Shown in pieces: positions 27,389-37,942 of a DNA stretch of 64,000 bases. Numbering within the stretch: the stretch's first letter is position 1; each line of letters starts with the position of its first letter. The stretch spans positions 288,001 to 352,000 of IMG/VR virus record IMGVR_UViG_3300011989_000257; one strand, written 5' to 3'. Origin of the DNA: a virus. Taxonomy: Duplodnaviria > Caudoviricetes. The translations under genes were made by a program, and so were the position numbers. The notes under the pieces were generated by a model. The model was not told the DNA's origin. It ran no database searches and saw only the letters and a program-made list of their open reading frames with translations.

Positions 27389-27734
27389 TCTTTTCCTTTA
27401 AAATTTTGATTTTATCTTTTAACTTGTTTATTCTTTCCTTTCTCACCTCAATGGCTCTAAGGTCATCTTCCAAGAAAAACTCCTCATACATTAATTGTTT
27501 TTCAAGTTCTTCAATAGTTGGAGGGGTATTTCTTCTGCGTTCTGCTGCTTCATCAGCTTCTTTCATCCTTTGTAAAAATCGACAAGCTGATTCACCACTT
27601 AATATTATTGGTTTCCCAACATCAGTTGCAAGTGCAGTAGGCTCACAATCTGATGCAAAGTTACGAAAATTTTCTGTTTTAGCAAAATTTTTTTTGTTAA
27701 ATTTCCTTAAAGATTCTTTTTTTGCTTTATTCAT
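27366..27734 (-). CDS. hypothetical coiled-coil protein (start may be internal)
   Basis: ORF with a promoter copy inside it at 27654-27688. Confidence 0.55.
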   Translation of the reverse strand: MNKAKKESLRKFNKKNFAKTENFRNFASDCEPTALATDVGKPIILSGESACRFLQRMKEADEAAERRRNTPPTIEELEKQLMYEEFFLEDDLRAIEVRKERINKLKDKIKILKEKNGKAEEE

Positions 27735-28098
27735 CTTTTTCTTTCCATATCATTTCATTATCCTTACATATATATTCAGTGTTTGGCTTTATACCTTCAA
27801 ACACTTTTTGATGCAATAATGACTCAATGAGATAGAGATTATCAGACACATAATGGTATGTATCAAGCATATATTTCTCCACATCATCTGGATATGCACT
27901 TCCATCTGCATCTTCAGTGGTATTCTTAATTGCCTTATCCCTCAATCCTAGAATCATCGCAACATCATCCAAGATATGAGTTTGCATTGTAAGCATCACC
28001 TTTTTATTAATTGTAAGCACATCGTCATCGTTGTCTTCGATGTTTAAAAATCTGACCAATTTCAAATGGTCTTCTGTTAGGTTTAAATGTAATATCAT
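27727..28098 (-). CDS. hypothetical protein
   Basis: 123-aa ORF. Confidence 0.7.
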   Translation of the reverse strand: MILHLNLTEDHLKLVRFLNIEDNDDDVLTINKKVMLTMQTHILDDVAMILGLRDKAIKNTTEDADGSAYPDDVEKYMLDTYHYVSDNLYLIESLLHQKVFEGIKPNTEYICKDNEMIWKEKDE

Positions 28099-28104
28099 AT
28101 TTAA

Positions 28105-28518
28105 TTAAAATTTGAATACATCATAATTATGTTCTACTAAAAAATTATTCCATTTTCGACTTAAATTATTCATGTACTGACAGTCAACGTCTTTTTCACT
28201 CCATGAAAAAGAAAATGGTATATATGTGAATACACTGCCCCACAATCGGTCAATTTTATTTGGCAAATCGTTATTGACTAATACACTACTATAGTTTACT
28301 TTATTAATCAAAGCAAACAAATAAAATGGGTTAATACCTTTATCGAGAAACATTAGTTTCTTGAAAAAAACATATTTTTTTTCAAGTTTAATAAACCATA
28401 CGAACAGCCTATAATTGTGCCAATGTCTCTCAATATCTTCTATGCCCGTTTTTGTTAAATCTTTCATCTGCTTTTCTTTTACGTTCAGATACCATTTCGT
28501 AATAAGCCTTTCTATCAA
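28105..28518 (-). CDS. hypothetical protein (start uncertain)
   Basis: ORF fills the gap; its 5' part overlaps the upstream gene. Confidence 0.5.
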   Translation of the reverse strand: MIERLITKWYLNVKEKQMKDLTKTGIEDIERHWHNYRLFVWFIKLEKKYVFFKKLMFLDKGINPFYLFALINKVNYSSVLVNNDLPNKIDRLWGSVFTYIPFSFSWSEKDVDCQYMNNLSRKWNNFLVEHNYDVFKF

Positions 28519-29035
28519 CTTTTTTCACTGCTAGCTCATTATCTCTTACTTCCTTCATTTCTTCGGCTCTAGACTTCTGGAAATAGTCATACACTGTAAT
28601 ATCTACATCTGTTAATATATTATTGAACATCTCCATTATCTTATCCCTATCGCCATTCCCATCAAATCTGCTAGACCCTAACAATGTAGTTGCTATTTTC
28701 TTACCCTTATATAAAATATTAACTAATTTAAGGCATTTTTCAAGACTTTCATAAGATAAATAATCTTTTATTATGTCAGGTCTAAAATTACCCTCATATA
28801 TAAAACATAAACAAAATGTAGGCTCATTATCCTTTTTGCATTCAAGTATTGTGCCTAATTTTTCCTTATCGCCATATTTTGTTTCCAAGTTTTTATTAAA
28901 AACATATGGATAATTTAACATGACTTTAAGCTGTATTCCTTGGGACATTGTACAGTAAGTTCCTGTCCCAATTAATACAGCTTCGTATTCTGAAAAATGT
29001 TCAAATAAATCAACATCTTTAATTATCTTTATCAT
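28430..29035 (-). CDS. macro-domain-like (ADP-ribose-binding/processing) protein
   Basis: DLF..CTMSQGI..YP..LGTI..SYESLEKCL..IATTLLGS..GNGD..ITVY pattern. Confidence 0.6.
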   Translation of the reverse strand: MIKIIKDVDLFEHFSEYEAVLIGTGTYCTMSQGIQLKVMLNYPYVFNKNLETKYGDKEKLGTILECKKDNEPTFCLCFIYEGNFRPDIIKDYLSYESLEKCLKLVNILYKGKKIATTLLGSSRFDGNGDRDKIMEMFNNILTDVDITVYDYFQKSRAEEMKEVRDNELAVKKVDRKAYYEMVSERKRKADERFNKNGHRRY

Positions 29036-30045
29036 CCTCCAAATCCACTAACCTTTATTTTATTTCTAGCGGGAGTTTGTTCCACCACACGAGCTGCTGA
29101 TTCTTTGCAGTCATTTGATTCAGTAACTCCAGAATTAAAACCAATTTTCTTAGTAGCATCCTCTGTAATCTTTACTTTACCGTCTTTTTTAATTAATTCT
29201 TCGAGTCTTTCAAACAATTCTACTTCAGTAAACCCATCTACATAAATTCCTTGTATCACTTCTTTCAAGAAATCAAAAGTATATCCTTCTGTTTTTTTGA
29301 CATATCTCTCAATATCCTTCTTGACATTAGCATCATTTATATCAATTCCACTATCAGAAAGTTTATTTTCAATATAAGTTTTTCTAACTTCTGCGCTAGG
29401 TTTCTTATATTCAATTACGAGATTGAATCTGCTTGGTCTACATGTAAATCTTTTTTCAAGTATTTCTGGATAATTAGTAGTTGCAATTGTAACCACATTA
29501 TCAAACTGACTATTTCCATCCAATAACTGCAATAGCATGGCTGAATAATAATCGTCTTTTGCCAAACGCTCAAAGTCCTCAATAAGTGTAATCACTCTAC
29601 GGTTAGGCTCTATACTCCTAAGTCTATCCATACAAGGACCATAACTAGTTAACTCATCTGTATTATCAATACAAATAACAACACCATCATAATCATCAAT
29701 AAGTGTTTTACAAATAATATTGATTAGAGAAGTCTTTCCATTACCTGGTAGAGAATATAACAATATATTCCTTTTATATACTTGCCCAAATTGTCTATAA
29801 CGCTCTTCTGATTTCCAAAATCTCTTGATGTCATCAAGAATACTTATCTGTGTATCATTTGGCAACACATATAACTTAGGCATTACTACTTCCTTACTAG
29901 TAAAGAAAAATCTACCATTATATCTATCCCATACTGGTTTATAAAAGCCACTAGGCAATACTTCCTTTGTTACACCTATTGGCTCATATATGTTACCATT
30001 CTTTTCGTAACGTGTGAAGTTTCTTTCTTTTGCTTCTTTCGCCAT
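29032..30045 (-). CDS. AAA+ ATPase
   Basis: Walker A PGNGKT, Walker B LIEDFE, LLDG, ATTNYPE, RPSRF. Confidence 0.9.
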   Translation of the reverse strand: MAKEAKERNFTRYEKNGNIYEPIGVTKEVLPSGFYKPVWDRYNGRFFFTSKEVVMPKLYVLPNDTQISILDDIKRFWKSEERYRQFGQVYKRNILLYSLPGNGKTSLINIICKTLIDDYDGVVICIDNTDELTSYGPCMDRLRSIEPNRRVITLIEDFERLAKDDYYSAMLLQLLDGNSQFDNVVTIATTNYPEILEKRFTCRPSRFNLVIEYKKPSAEVRKTYIENKLSDSGIDINDANVKKDIERYVKKTEGYTFDFLKEVIQGIYVDGFTEVELFERLEELIKKDGKVKITEDATKKIGFNSGVTESNDCKESAARVVEQTPARNKIKVSGFGG

Positions 30046-30056
30046 AACTTATTTTA

Positions 30057-31148
30057 TTAAGTAAAATGTTCTTGTTTTTTTAACTCGTCTATAATTTTTC
30101 TCTCATTTGCGTTAATTGACTGCGGCACTGTTATACTTACAATGCCAATCATATTTCCAGGTGAGCCAATTGTATTACCATATCTAGGCAAACCATATCC
30201 TTTAAACCTTAATGTATGCCCACTACTAGTACCTTGCGGTATCTTGACCTTAATTGTTTTACCATCCAAGGTCTTTATCTCTTTTGTGCATCCAAGAATA
30301 GCTTCTATAACATTAATATTTAAATCAAATACAAGGTCTCTTCCTTGTTTTTCAAATGTATCATGCTCTTCAATCTCAATTGTTACTACCAAACTTCCAT
30401 TAGTGCCTTTTCCATGAGGTGCTGCATTACCAAGTCCAGCATACTCAATCTGCATACCATCTTCAACTCCCCTTGGTATAGCAAATGAGATTTCAGAACT
30501 AGAATTCTGAACAACACCATGTCCATTACAATGACTACATGGATTTTCGATTATATATCCACTACCACCACAAGTAGGACATTTTTGATGCATCATGAAT
30601 CCATTAGGGTCGAAAGCAGTTCCAGTGCCACCACAAGTTTTACAAGTCCTCCTACGAGACTCGGCAGTCATTCCTGTGCCATTACAATGAGGACAAGGCT
30701 CAAATCTCTTAATCCTAATTTTCTTGGTGCATCCAGTCATAACATCTTCAAGTTTCATTTTAATGGTAATCCTAATATTACTACCATTTATTGATTTTTC
30801 TTGCTGTTTATCAAAACCAAAATCACTAAATGGGTTTGCAAATGGATTTCCACGACTCCTGAAATGTCTGAATATCTCTTCCATATTCATATTTCCAAAA
30901 TCTGGACCACCACTAGAATGAAATTCAAACCTTGTTTTTGGGTTATCATACTCCTTTCGTTTGGTTTCATCCCCCAAAACCTCATAAGCTTCAGCAATCT
31001 CCTTAAACTTAGCTTCAGCCTCCTTAGAACCGTTATTACGGTCTGGATGCCACTTCACACTAAGCTTACGGAAAGCTTTCTTAATATCGTCTTGAGAAGC
31101 ACTTTTATCAACACCAAGAATCTTATAATAGTCCTTTCTCTCAGCCAT
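30057..31148 (-). CDS. dnaJ: chaperone DnaJ
   Basis: J domain with HPD, G/F-rich region, four CxxCxGxG repeats. Confidence 0.95.
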   Translation of the reverse strand: MAERKDYYKILGVDKSASQDDIKKAFRKLSVKWHPDRNNGSKEAEAKFKEIAEAYEVLGDETKRKEYDNPKTRFEFHSSGGPDFGNMNMEEIFRHFRSRGNPFANPFSDFGFDKQQEKSINGSNIRITIKMKLEDVMTGCTKKIRIKRFEPCPHCNGTGMTAESRRRTCKTCGGTGTAFDPNGFMMHQKCPTCGGSGYIIENPCSHCNGHGVVQNSSSEISFAIPRGVEDGMQIEYAGLGNAAPHGKGTNGSLVVTIEIEEHDTFEKQGRDLVFDLNINVIEAILGCTKEIKTLDGKTIKVKIPQGTSSGHTLRFKGYGLPRYGNTIGSPGNMIGIVSITVPQSINANERKIIDELKKQEHFT

Positions 31149-31288
31149 TATTCTTATATTAAGTTATAAACCTTTTTGCAAAGATATATTTTTTATTTTT
31201 AAATTCCAAATAAAATACTAAAAATCTGAGGAACTTATTGGGAAAGCCCCTCAGATTTAAAAAATATTTAACAACCTTGCCAAGTCAC

Positions 31289-33187
31289 TTACTTCACTTC
31301 CTCAAAGTCTGCGTCTTGTACATCCTCTGTAGAAGCTGTAGCAGAGTCAAAATCATTTGGCTGCTGTGCAGTGCCATTCTGCTGCTGATTCTGACTGTAA
31401 ACACGCTGCGAAACAGCTTGCCATACCTCATTGATGGCTGTTTCTGTCTCATTAATCTTATCTACGTCTTTTGCACTAACAGCAGACTTCATCTGAGCGA
31501 TAAGGTTCTCAATCTTACCCTTCTCGTCTTCAGTGATGTTGTTCTTCTGCTCCTCAAGCATCTTCTCTTGGGTAAATACAATGGTATCACCCTTATTAAC
31601 AGCCTCGGCAGTCTCACGTTCCTTCTTATCAGATTCAGCATTAGCCTCTGCCTCTGCTTTCATGCGCTCAATCTCTTCTTTTGAAAGACTGCTAGAACCC
31701 TCAACACGGATAGATTGAGCCTTACCAGTACCCTTATCAGTTGCGCTAACCTCAACAACACCATTGGCATTAATTGATATCTTCACACTGATTTGTGGAA
31801 TTCCACGCTTAGCTGGGAGTATTCCCGTTAGATTGAAACGACCAAGTGACCTATTCTGCGCTGCCATTGGACGATTACCTTGCAATAGGTTAATTGTCAC
31901 CTCAGTTTGGTTATCTGCTGCGGTTGAGAAAACTTGTTCCTTATCGCAAGGAATTGTTGTATTTGCGTCAATAAGTGTTGTCATAACTCCACCAAGTGTT
32001 TCAATACCTAGGTTAAGTGGAGTTACATCAAGAAGCACAATGTCTCCTACACCTTTCTCGCCTCCAAGTACTGCACCTTGAATACATGCACCAAGTGATA
32101 CTGCTTCATCTGGATTAACGGCCTTTGATGGGTCTTTCTGGAACACGCTTTTTGCAGCCTCAACGACCTTTGGTATACGTGTAGAACCACCAACAAGTAT
32201 AACCTCGTCAATATCTTTAACCTCAAGTTTAGAAAGTTTTAATGCTTCATTACAAAGGTCAACTAGTTTCTTGTATAAAGGCTCAATTAGTTGCTCAAAT
32301 TTAGCACGTGTCAATGTGGCAACAAAATGTTTTGGAGTACCATTCACTGGAGCCAAATAAGGCAAGTTAATCTCAGTTGACATTGTTGTAGAAAGTTCAA
32401 TTTTTGCCTTCTCAGCAGCTTCCTTAATACGCTGCATTGCCATAGAATCAGTACTTACATCAGCACCCTCTTGTTTTTTGAACTCATCAACAACCCAACC
32501 AACGATTGCTTGGTCAAAGTCCTCACCACCAAGGTGTGAATCGCCATTGGTAGAAATGACCTCGAATACGCCACCACCGAAATTAAGAATAGAAACGTCC
32601 GATGTGCCACCACCGATGTCGTACACAACAATATTCATATCCTTGTCTGACTTGTCGATACCATAAGCTAATGCTGCTGCTGTAGGCTCATTAATAATAC
32701 GTTTCACATCAAGTCCAGCAATCGTACCAGCCTCCATAGTAGCTTTACGTTGGTCATCATTAAAATATGCAGGGACTGTAATTACAGCCTCCTTAACCTC
32801 AGTTCCTAGATAATCTTCGGCAGTTTTCTTCATCTTCTGAAGAATTGTAGCCGAAATCTCTTGTGGAGTGTATTTCTTGTTGTCAATATTCACACGTGGG
32901 AAACCACCCTCATTAATCACATCATAAGTAACACGTTTTACTTCATCTGCAACGTTAGCATATGGCATACCCATGAAACGCTTAATGGCATATACAGTAT
33001 TCTTAGGGTTTGTAATAGCTTGTCTACGAGCAGCGTCACCAACCTTACGTTCACCATCCTTAATTCCTACAACTGATGGAGTTGTACGATTACCTTCACT
33101 ATTCACAATAACAGTAGGCTGACCTCCTTCAAAAACTGATACGCAAGATGTTGACGTACCAAGGTCAATTCCAATAATTTTACTCAT
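31289..33187 (-). CDS. dnaK: chaperone DnaK
   Basis: [36 protein letters not shown]. Confidence 0.97.
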   Translation of the reverse strand: MSKIIGIDLGTSTSCVSVFEGGQPTVIVNSEGNRTTPSVVGIKDGERKVGDAARRQAITNPKNTVYAIKRFMGMPYANVADEVKRVTYDVINEGGFPRVNIDNKKYTPQEISATILQKMKKTAEDYLGTEVKEAVITVPAYFNDDQRKATMEAGTIAGLDVKRIINEPTAAALAYGIDKSDKDMNIVVYDIGGGTSDVSILNFGGGVFEVISTNGDSHLGGEDFDQAIVGWVVDEFKKQEGADVSTDSMAMQRIKEAAEKAKIELSTTMSTEINLPYLAPVNGTPKHFVATLTRAKFEQLIEPLYKKLVDLCNEALKLSKLEVKDIDEVILVGGSTRIPKVVEAAKSVFQKDPSKAVNPDEAVSLGACIQGAVLGGEKGVGDIVLLDVTPLNLGIETLGGVMTTLIDANTTIPCDKEQVFSTAADNQTEVTINLLQGNRPMAAQNRSLGRFNLTGILPAKRGIPQISVKISINANGVVEVSATDKGTGKAQSIRVEGSSSLSKEEIERMKAEAEANAESDKKERETAEAVNKGDTIVFTQEKMLEEQKNNITEDEKGKIENLIAQMKSAVSAKDVDKINETETAINEVWQAVSQRVYSQNQQQNGTAQQPNDFDSATASTEDVQDADFEEVK

Positions 33188-33209
33188 TGTCTTTTAATAT
33201 TTTTTTAAT

Positions 33210-33470
33210 TTACATTATTTTTTCCCAATCTTTAAATAGTATTCCTTTTGAATCCCTAAATGGTATTGAAGAGCGTGGTCCTGAATTATTAGCTTTTCCG
33301 TAATAAAGTCTAGTACCATACCCACAATCTTCAATTTGTGGATTTAGTTCATCAATAGTATGGTTTTCATAGCACCATTTTAATTCTAAAGTTCCATCTT
33401 CCATTATATACAGAAGATATTTCGAACCTTTGGTTATACCATCGCAAGAATATATCTCCTTTGCATCCAT
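33210..33470 (-). CDS. hypothetical protein (paralog of the adjacent gene)
   Basis: Shares GSK..L..LELKWC.EN..PQ..PF..WEKIM with 33472-33750. Confidence 0.7.
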   Translation of the reverse strand: MDAKEIYSCDGITKGSKYLLYIMEDGTLELKWCYENHTIDELNPQIEDCGYGTRLYYGKANNSGPRSSIPFRDSKGILFKDWEKIM

Positions 33471-33471
33471 A

Positions 33472-33750
33472 CTACATTATCTTCTCCCAACAAGGTTCAA
33501 GTTGTCCTTGTTCATTTTGGAATGGTAATGTTTGCCTTATTTGGAAAAGGTTAGGTTCTCCATACTCAAGTTTCATAGCCCTACCAACTTTAACAAATTG
33601 AGGACATATCTGTTTTTCTACAACATTCTCGCAACACCATTTAAGTTCCAAATCGCCTTTATCATATATGATTAATACGTTTTTAGAACCTTTGATGCTA
33701 CTATCACTAACATATATTTCCCTTACATCACCTTGCAAATTCTGTGCCAT
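33472..33750 (-). CDS. hypothetical protein (tandem paralog)
   Basis: ATG at 33750 after promoter 33776-33810. Confidence 0.7.
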   Translation of the reverse strand: MAQNLQGDVREIYVSDSSIKGSKNVLIIYDKGDLELKWCCENVVEKQICPQFVKVGRAMKLEYGEPNLFQIRQTLPFQNEQGQLEPCWEKIM

Positions 33751-33853
33751 ATTTCGCAATATATTTTTAATCTTGTGCAAAGATACAAAAAAAAATTGAG
33801 ATAGCCAAATAACTATCCCAATTTTTAATTTTTTTTAAGATAAAATTGTATTT

Positions 33854-34258
33854 TTATGGCAGATAATCCTCTATATTAGCCATTATCCAATTCAACTTTG
33901 TCATCAATTCAGCGAATATCGCATCTTCTGTAAGCATTGTAACATCGTTTGTCTCAACAGAACCCAATACTAGTCCATTCTTAATTCTAGATTTGGCAAT
34001 TTCTACGCCAACTTCCTCATCGAATGTGTCAAGAGGGTGACAAATTGACATACTAAGTGTCAGTTTTCTATGAAGTTTCTTAACCTTATACTTAAGTTCG
34101 CCCTTAACAGTACCCCCATTTGGAGTATCAACGTCCATCTCTTCAGTGATTTCAGTAGGCTTCCTACTCTGCTCTAGTTTTCCGACAACTGTCACAACAT
34201 GCTCTTCTCCGTCATCTGTCTTTACTTTTCCATAAACATGATAAAATTTAGTATTCAT
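33854..34258 (-). CDS. hypothetical phage protein
   Basis: 134 aa; CHPLDTFDEEVGVEIAKSR motif. Confidence 0.75.
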   Translation of the reverse strand: MNTKFYHVYGKVKTDDGEEHVVTVVGKLEQSRKPTEITEEMDVDTPNGGTVKGELKYKVKKLHRKLTLSMSICHPLDTFDEEVGVEIAKSRIKNGLVLGSVETNDVTMLTEDAIFAELMTKLNWIMANIEDYLP

Positions 34259-34281
34259 AACTATATAGTTTTTTTAATTAC

Positions 34282-34629
34282 TTATTTTTCGCTGAACTCG
34301 TCTTCAAGAGAAGCAAGCTCTTTCATCCTTCTCTCATAAGCCTTGTCCCTCTTCTCTATCTCGTCGAATGGGGAGACTCCTGGAGGTAGTGTGGTAATCT
34401 TCTCAAACCCATTTTCCTCTGTAATAAGAGATTCCTTCTCTGAAGCACACCCTTCATATCTATCGCCATAACTACCAGTCATTTTCTTTGTTGCAGGGTC
34501 TAGGTCTCCCCAATCAGCAGAGTGGGCGCTCCCAATAACCTCTACAAAGTATTTCTTTCCTGTTACCTTTGATTTCACTATGAATCTTCCAGTGTTATCG
34601 CTGTCTTTCAAAAATCTATTCGTGTCCAT
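34282..34629 (-). CDS. hypothetical protein
   Basis: 115-aa ORF. Confidence 0.75.
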   Translation of the reverse strand: MDTNRFLKDSDNTGRFIVKSKVTGKKYFVEVIGSAHSADWGDLDPATKKMTGSYGDRYEGCASEKESLITEENGFEKITTLPPGVSPFDEIEKRDKAYERRMKELASLEDEFSEK

Positions 34630-34829
34630 TAAAATTGATTTTTCGAAATCTTTACTTTCCTTACATATTCTGGGTTCTTAATCACTTTTCCAAGCATACC
34701 ATTATATGATGGTGGAACTGGACCTCCATTAACCCAAAATTGTCCTCTAAAATAGATTATTTCGCTTCCCTCTGGAAGTGTGCCTTCTCCAGCTTGATAA
34801 GGCTTAATCAATACATACTTTTCATTCAT
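34629..34829 (-). CDS. hypothetical protein
   Basis: 66-aa ORF coupled to both neighbours. Confidence 0.65.
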   Translation of the reverse strand: MNEKYVLIKPYQAGEGTLPEGSEIIYFRGQFWVNGGPVPPSYNGMLGKVIKNPEYVRKVKISKNQF

Positions 34830-35314
34830 AATCTCACTTTTTTTAAGGTGGCACTTATATACTCCAATATAGGTGTCATTATTTTATCAACAGCCTCCCA
34901 ATCAACATATGGACGATTACAGCCATCAAACCATTTATGTGGTATACCTACACAACGGTCATCAATTGTGAATACGGCAAATGTCTTACTTACCTCATCA
35001 TCCTTTTGCCTTGGGTGTTTTCTTAAATTATAAAGTTTTACACCTTCTTTTTCAAGAGTTATTAAAGGTTCTTTTAAAATTTCATCATGTCTCATTGAAT
35101 TTAGAATCCAACCAACGTTATAATCCTTAGTCCAACGCTTCATAACGTCAAAAGCCTCATAATTTAACTCCATTGTTCCATCTTCCCAACATGAACATTT
35201 GGTTAATGTATAATCCCAATCCACTTCAATTGGGATTATCCACCTACCATCTTCACTCCTCTCACTATAATATAGAATTTCATCTACAATCCCATTATAC
35301 TTATCCATAATCAA
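34826..35314 (-). CDS. HAD-superfamily hydrolase
   Basis: VDWDYTL (DxDxT), WILNSMR, TIDDR. Confidence 0.7.
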   Translation of the reverse strand: MIMDKYNGIVDEILYYSERSEDGRWIIPIEVDWDYTLTKCSCWEDGTMELNYEAFDVMKRWTKDYNVGWILNSMRHDEILKEPLITLEKEGVKLYNLRKHPRQKDDEVSKTFAVFTIDDRCVGIPHKWFDGCNRPYVDWEAVDKIMTPILEYISATLKKVRL

Positions 35315-35441
35315 AATATTTTGTGCAGTCGCTTGCTATTACATACAATATTTGAATTGGTATTTTACCGTCATCATCTTTAAAAATATCAAGTATCGGA
35401 CATTCAGCAAAGCTAGTGCAATTTAAACAACTTTTTTCCAC

Positions 35442-36023
35442 TTAATCTGTATTTACTATCCTTATTTTCGGCTCTGCCAAATCATTCGGATATTCAGCAT
35501 TACCGTCTTTATATTCATTCATATTATGCTTTTTCCAATACGCATGATTGAGCCTTCTTAATACACCTTGATTGAGCACCGTAGTATAGTCATTCCTATC
35601 TTCATACTCAACGTCTATGTCATGCTCTTGACAATACCTATATATAAATTCTCCAAATGCTCTTGACCTAGAATAACCAGCTCTACAATGAATTTTTATT
35701 TCATTAACCCCATTATCAACCATTTCCTCAATGAAGTCAACTGATTCCTCAGCTTGTTCCATTGTCATTGTCTTAAACAAATGTCCATTAAACATCACGT
35801 CTGAATCTATGTCATCAAAATCAAGATTCAGTACATTAGGGTGATTGGCAAAGTAGTGCTTGGTATCACCTTCATCAAGGTAATACTTAAGGCACTCTGG
35901 TGTTCCTATAATTGATATAAATGCTTTGTTAGAGTCCTCTACATTTGTATCGTTTAGACCCATTTTTCTCATATCTTCATCAAAAAGATAATGAGATAAT
36001 ACTATTAATTTAATCTTAGCCAT
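35442..36023 (-). CDS. Cys-based protein-tyrosine/dual-specificity phosphatase-like protein
   Basis: HCRAGYSRS (HCxxGxxRS); upstream FDD. Confidence 0.8.
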   Translation of the reverse strand: MAKIKLIVLSHYLFDEDMRKMGLNDTNVEDSNKAFISIIGTPECLKYYLDEGDTKHYFANHPNVLNLDFDDIDSDVMFNGHLFKTMTMEQAEESVDFIEEMVDNGVNEIKIHCRAGYSRSRAFGEFIYRYCQEHDIDVEYEDRNDYTTVLNQGVLRRLNHAYWKKHNMNEYKDGNAEYPNDLAEPKIRIVNTD

Positions 36024-36262
36024 TTTTTAATCCTAGTTTTATACGACCACTTAAGGCTTGTTAAAAGATGTTTAACAGCCTTTTTTGCGGCTTCTTCATA
36101 TGTGCAACCATATTCCCAAAAGCCAAAAGAACCATTATGATATCTGTTATAATTTGTAATATATATCTCAAACACCATTTCTCCTTCTGTTCTTTTTACT
36201 TCCTTGGTAGTCATCTTAACATGAGTAAGACTAACCAAAATATCTAAGATTTTTCGAAACAT
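36005..36262 (-). CDS. hypothetical protein
   Basis: 85-aa ORF. Confidence 0.55.
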   Translation of the reverse strand: MFRKILDILVSLTHVKMTTKEVKRTEGEMVFEIYITNYNRYHNGSFGFWEYGCTYEEAAKKAVKHLLTSLKWSYKTRIKKWLRLN

Positions 36263-36411
36263 ATTTTTTTATTTTAAATCATCAAATTTCTTTAAACCTT
36301 CTCTCAATTTCCTCATCATTCTTCTATAAAAAGTATAGAAATACCCTGATGTTACTAAACTTGACATTAACAAACCTATAATTGCACCAAGTATAAAATT
36401 GTTTTTATTTC

Positions 36412-37263
36412 TCATAATGTTTTCCTTAATCTTTCCGTATAATCATCAATTGGTATTAATTCGTAATTGCCATCATCTTTAAGCCATATAATTCTTCTGC
36501 CAATAACCTTTAAACCAATATCCTCCAATGGTAGTTGGTATGCTGAAAGCTGTAATTTATAACTTGATAATGCCTCATCATATAAATCTCCAAATGGTTC
36601 TGCAAAATATCTATTAACGCCTCTATTGAAATCATTTGTTAATGACCCATTAGTTTTATAATCTAGTATAATTAGACCACTTTTACTATCATCAGTGGGA
36701 TGCTTATAATACCAAAGAAGGTCAAATGTCCCAGCATAATCTTGTTTCAAATTGGTAAGTTTCTTATTCTTTCCTGTATACACCTTTGTTTCAGCCAATA
36801 CAAAGTATGTATTTTCATTGCTGAATGTTTCATCCCAAAACTTTAATACAGCTTCTTCTTTTGGTCTAGTAGGTATAAGCCAATTCTTTTCCTTGATATA
36901 CTTGCATTTGTTTTCCTCGGTTATAAATTCTGGATGTCTCGCTCTTAACCACCCTAATGACTCACCATATGCATGTACCAATGTTCCAGTTGTAGTTGCC
37001 TTTAAATTCTTGAACTTCCATTGGTCTAACCAATACTGTGCTGTCTCACCATGTTTCTCAGCATATGCTGCTGCTCGTTCTTCAGAATCAAAAGGATATT
37101 GACAAAACTTATGAGTTACTTCTGATACCGATGGCAACTGTTGACCATTAAGATAATACTTATGGCCATCTTCTATAAACTGAAGGTCTTTGAATTCCTT
37201 TAATATCTTATTCCTTATGTCTGTTACTTCTTTAGGTTCTCCTTCTACAATTATTTTTTTCAT
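36412..37263 (-). CDS. PD-(D/E)XK exonuclease (RecB/Cas4-like phage exonuclease)
   Basis: HKYY..LPSVS, GTLVH, AGTFDLL, ILDYKT, YKLQLSAY. Confidence 0.85.
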   Translation of the reverse strand: MKKIIVEGEPKEVTDIRNKILKEFKDLQFIEDGHKYYLNGQQLPSVSEVTHKFCQYPFDSEERAAAYAEKHGETAQYWLDQWKFKNLKATTTGTLVHAYGESLGWLRARHPEFITEENKCKYIKEKNWLIPTRPKEEAVLKFWDETFSNENTYFVLAETKVYTGKNKKLTNLKQDYAGTFDLLWYYKHPTDDSKSGLIILDYKTNGSLTNDFNRGVNRYFAEPFGDLYDEALSSYKLQLSAYQLPLEDIGLKVIGRRIIWLKDDGNYELIPIDDYTERLRKTL

Positions 37264-37281
37264 TTTATTACTATCTCTTTT

Positions 37282-37824
37282 CTATTTTATGGTAATATCT
37301 ACATCCATTTCCTTGAATTCCACATTATCTGTAACGAATCTTGTCCATCTTTTCTTATAATCCTTTTCATCCTTGAAAAGAGTTGGATAATACCCCTTTC
37401 TCAAAATATCATATAGAAGATTCTTATATTCTTCTTTGTGTGTATCTTTATCAGAATAGTAATCTTCTATGACAAGTTTCTCCAAATTGTACAATTTCAG
37501 AAAAAGGCCATAAACATCCTCTGGCAACTCCTTTATGTATTTTTTAGAATCCATTTTTGTATCTCCATTGGTATATGTTTTGATACCGTACCAATGTCCG
37601 CTTGTATGTGTTCTATACTGTTTTGGATTGATAGATTCGTCCCAAGGATTCTCTAGTTCATACACTTCGTAGTAGTCAAGCCAATAGTCTTTTGGAAGTG
37701 ATTCTATGAAATCTTTAGTGACTTCTTCACTGTTCATACGTTTTCGAGCATTTGCTACCGTAGTATATCCAAGTGGATTGTTTGCTATATTTTTACCTTT
37801 ATAAAATGGAAATATCTTTTTCAT
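37282..37824 (-). CDS. hypothetical protein
   Basis: 180-aa ORF after promoter 37838-37872. Confidence 0.75.
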   Translation of the reverse strand: MKKIFPFYKGKNIANNPLGYTTVANARKRMNSEEVTKDFIESLPKDYWLDYYEVYELENPWDESINPKQYRTHTSGHWYGIKTYTNGDTKMDSKKYIKELPEDVYGLFLKLYNLEKLVIEDYYSDKDTHKEEYKNLLYDILRKGYYPTLFKDEKDYKKRWTRFVTDNVEFKEMDVDITIK

Positions 37825-37942
37825 CTAATTAATTTTTTGCAAAGATATATAAAAAATATTAAAAAAACAAATTTTTCTTAAAAAAAAAAAAGAAGCAACC
37901 ATCTCTGATTGCCTCTCTTTTTATCCAAGGTTAAACATATTA

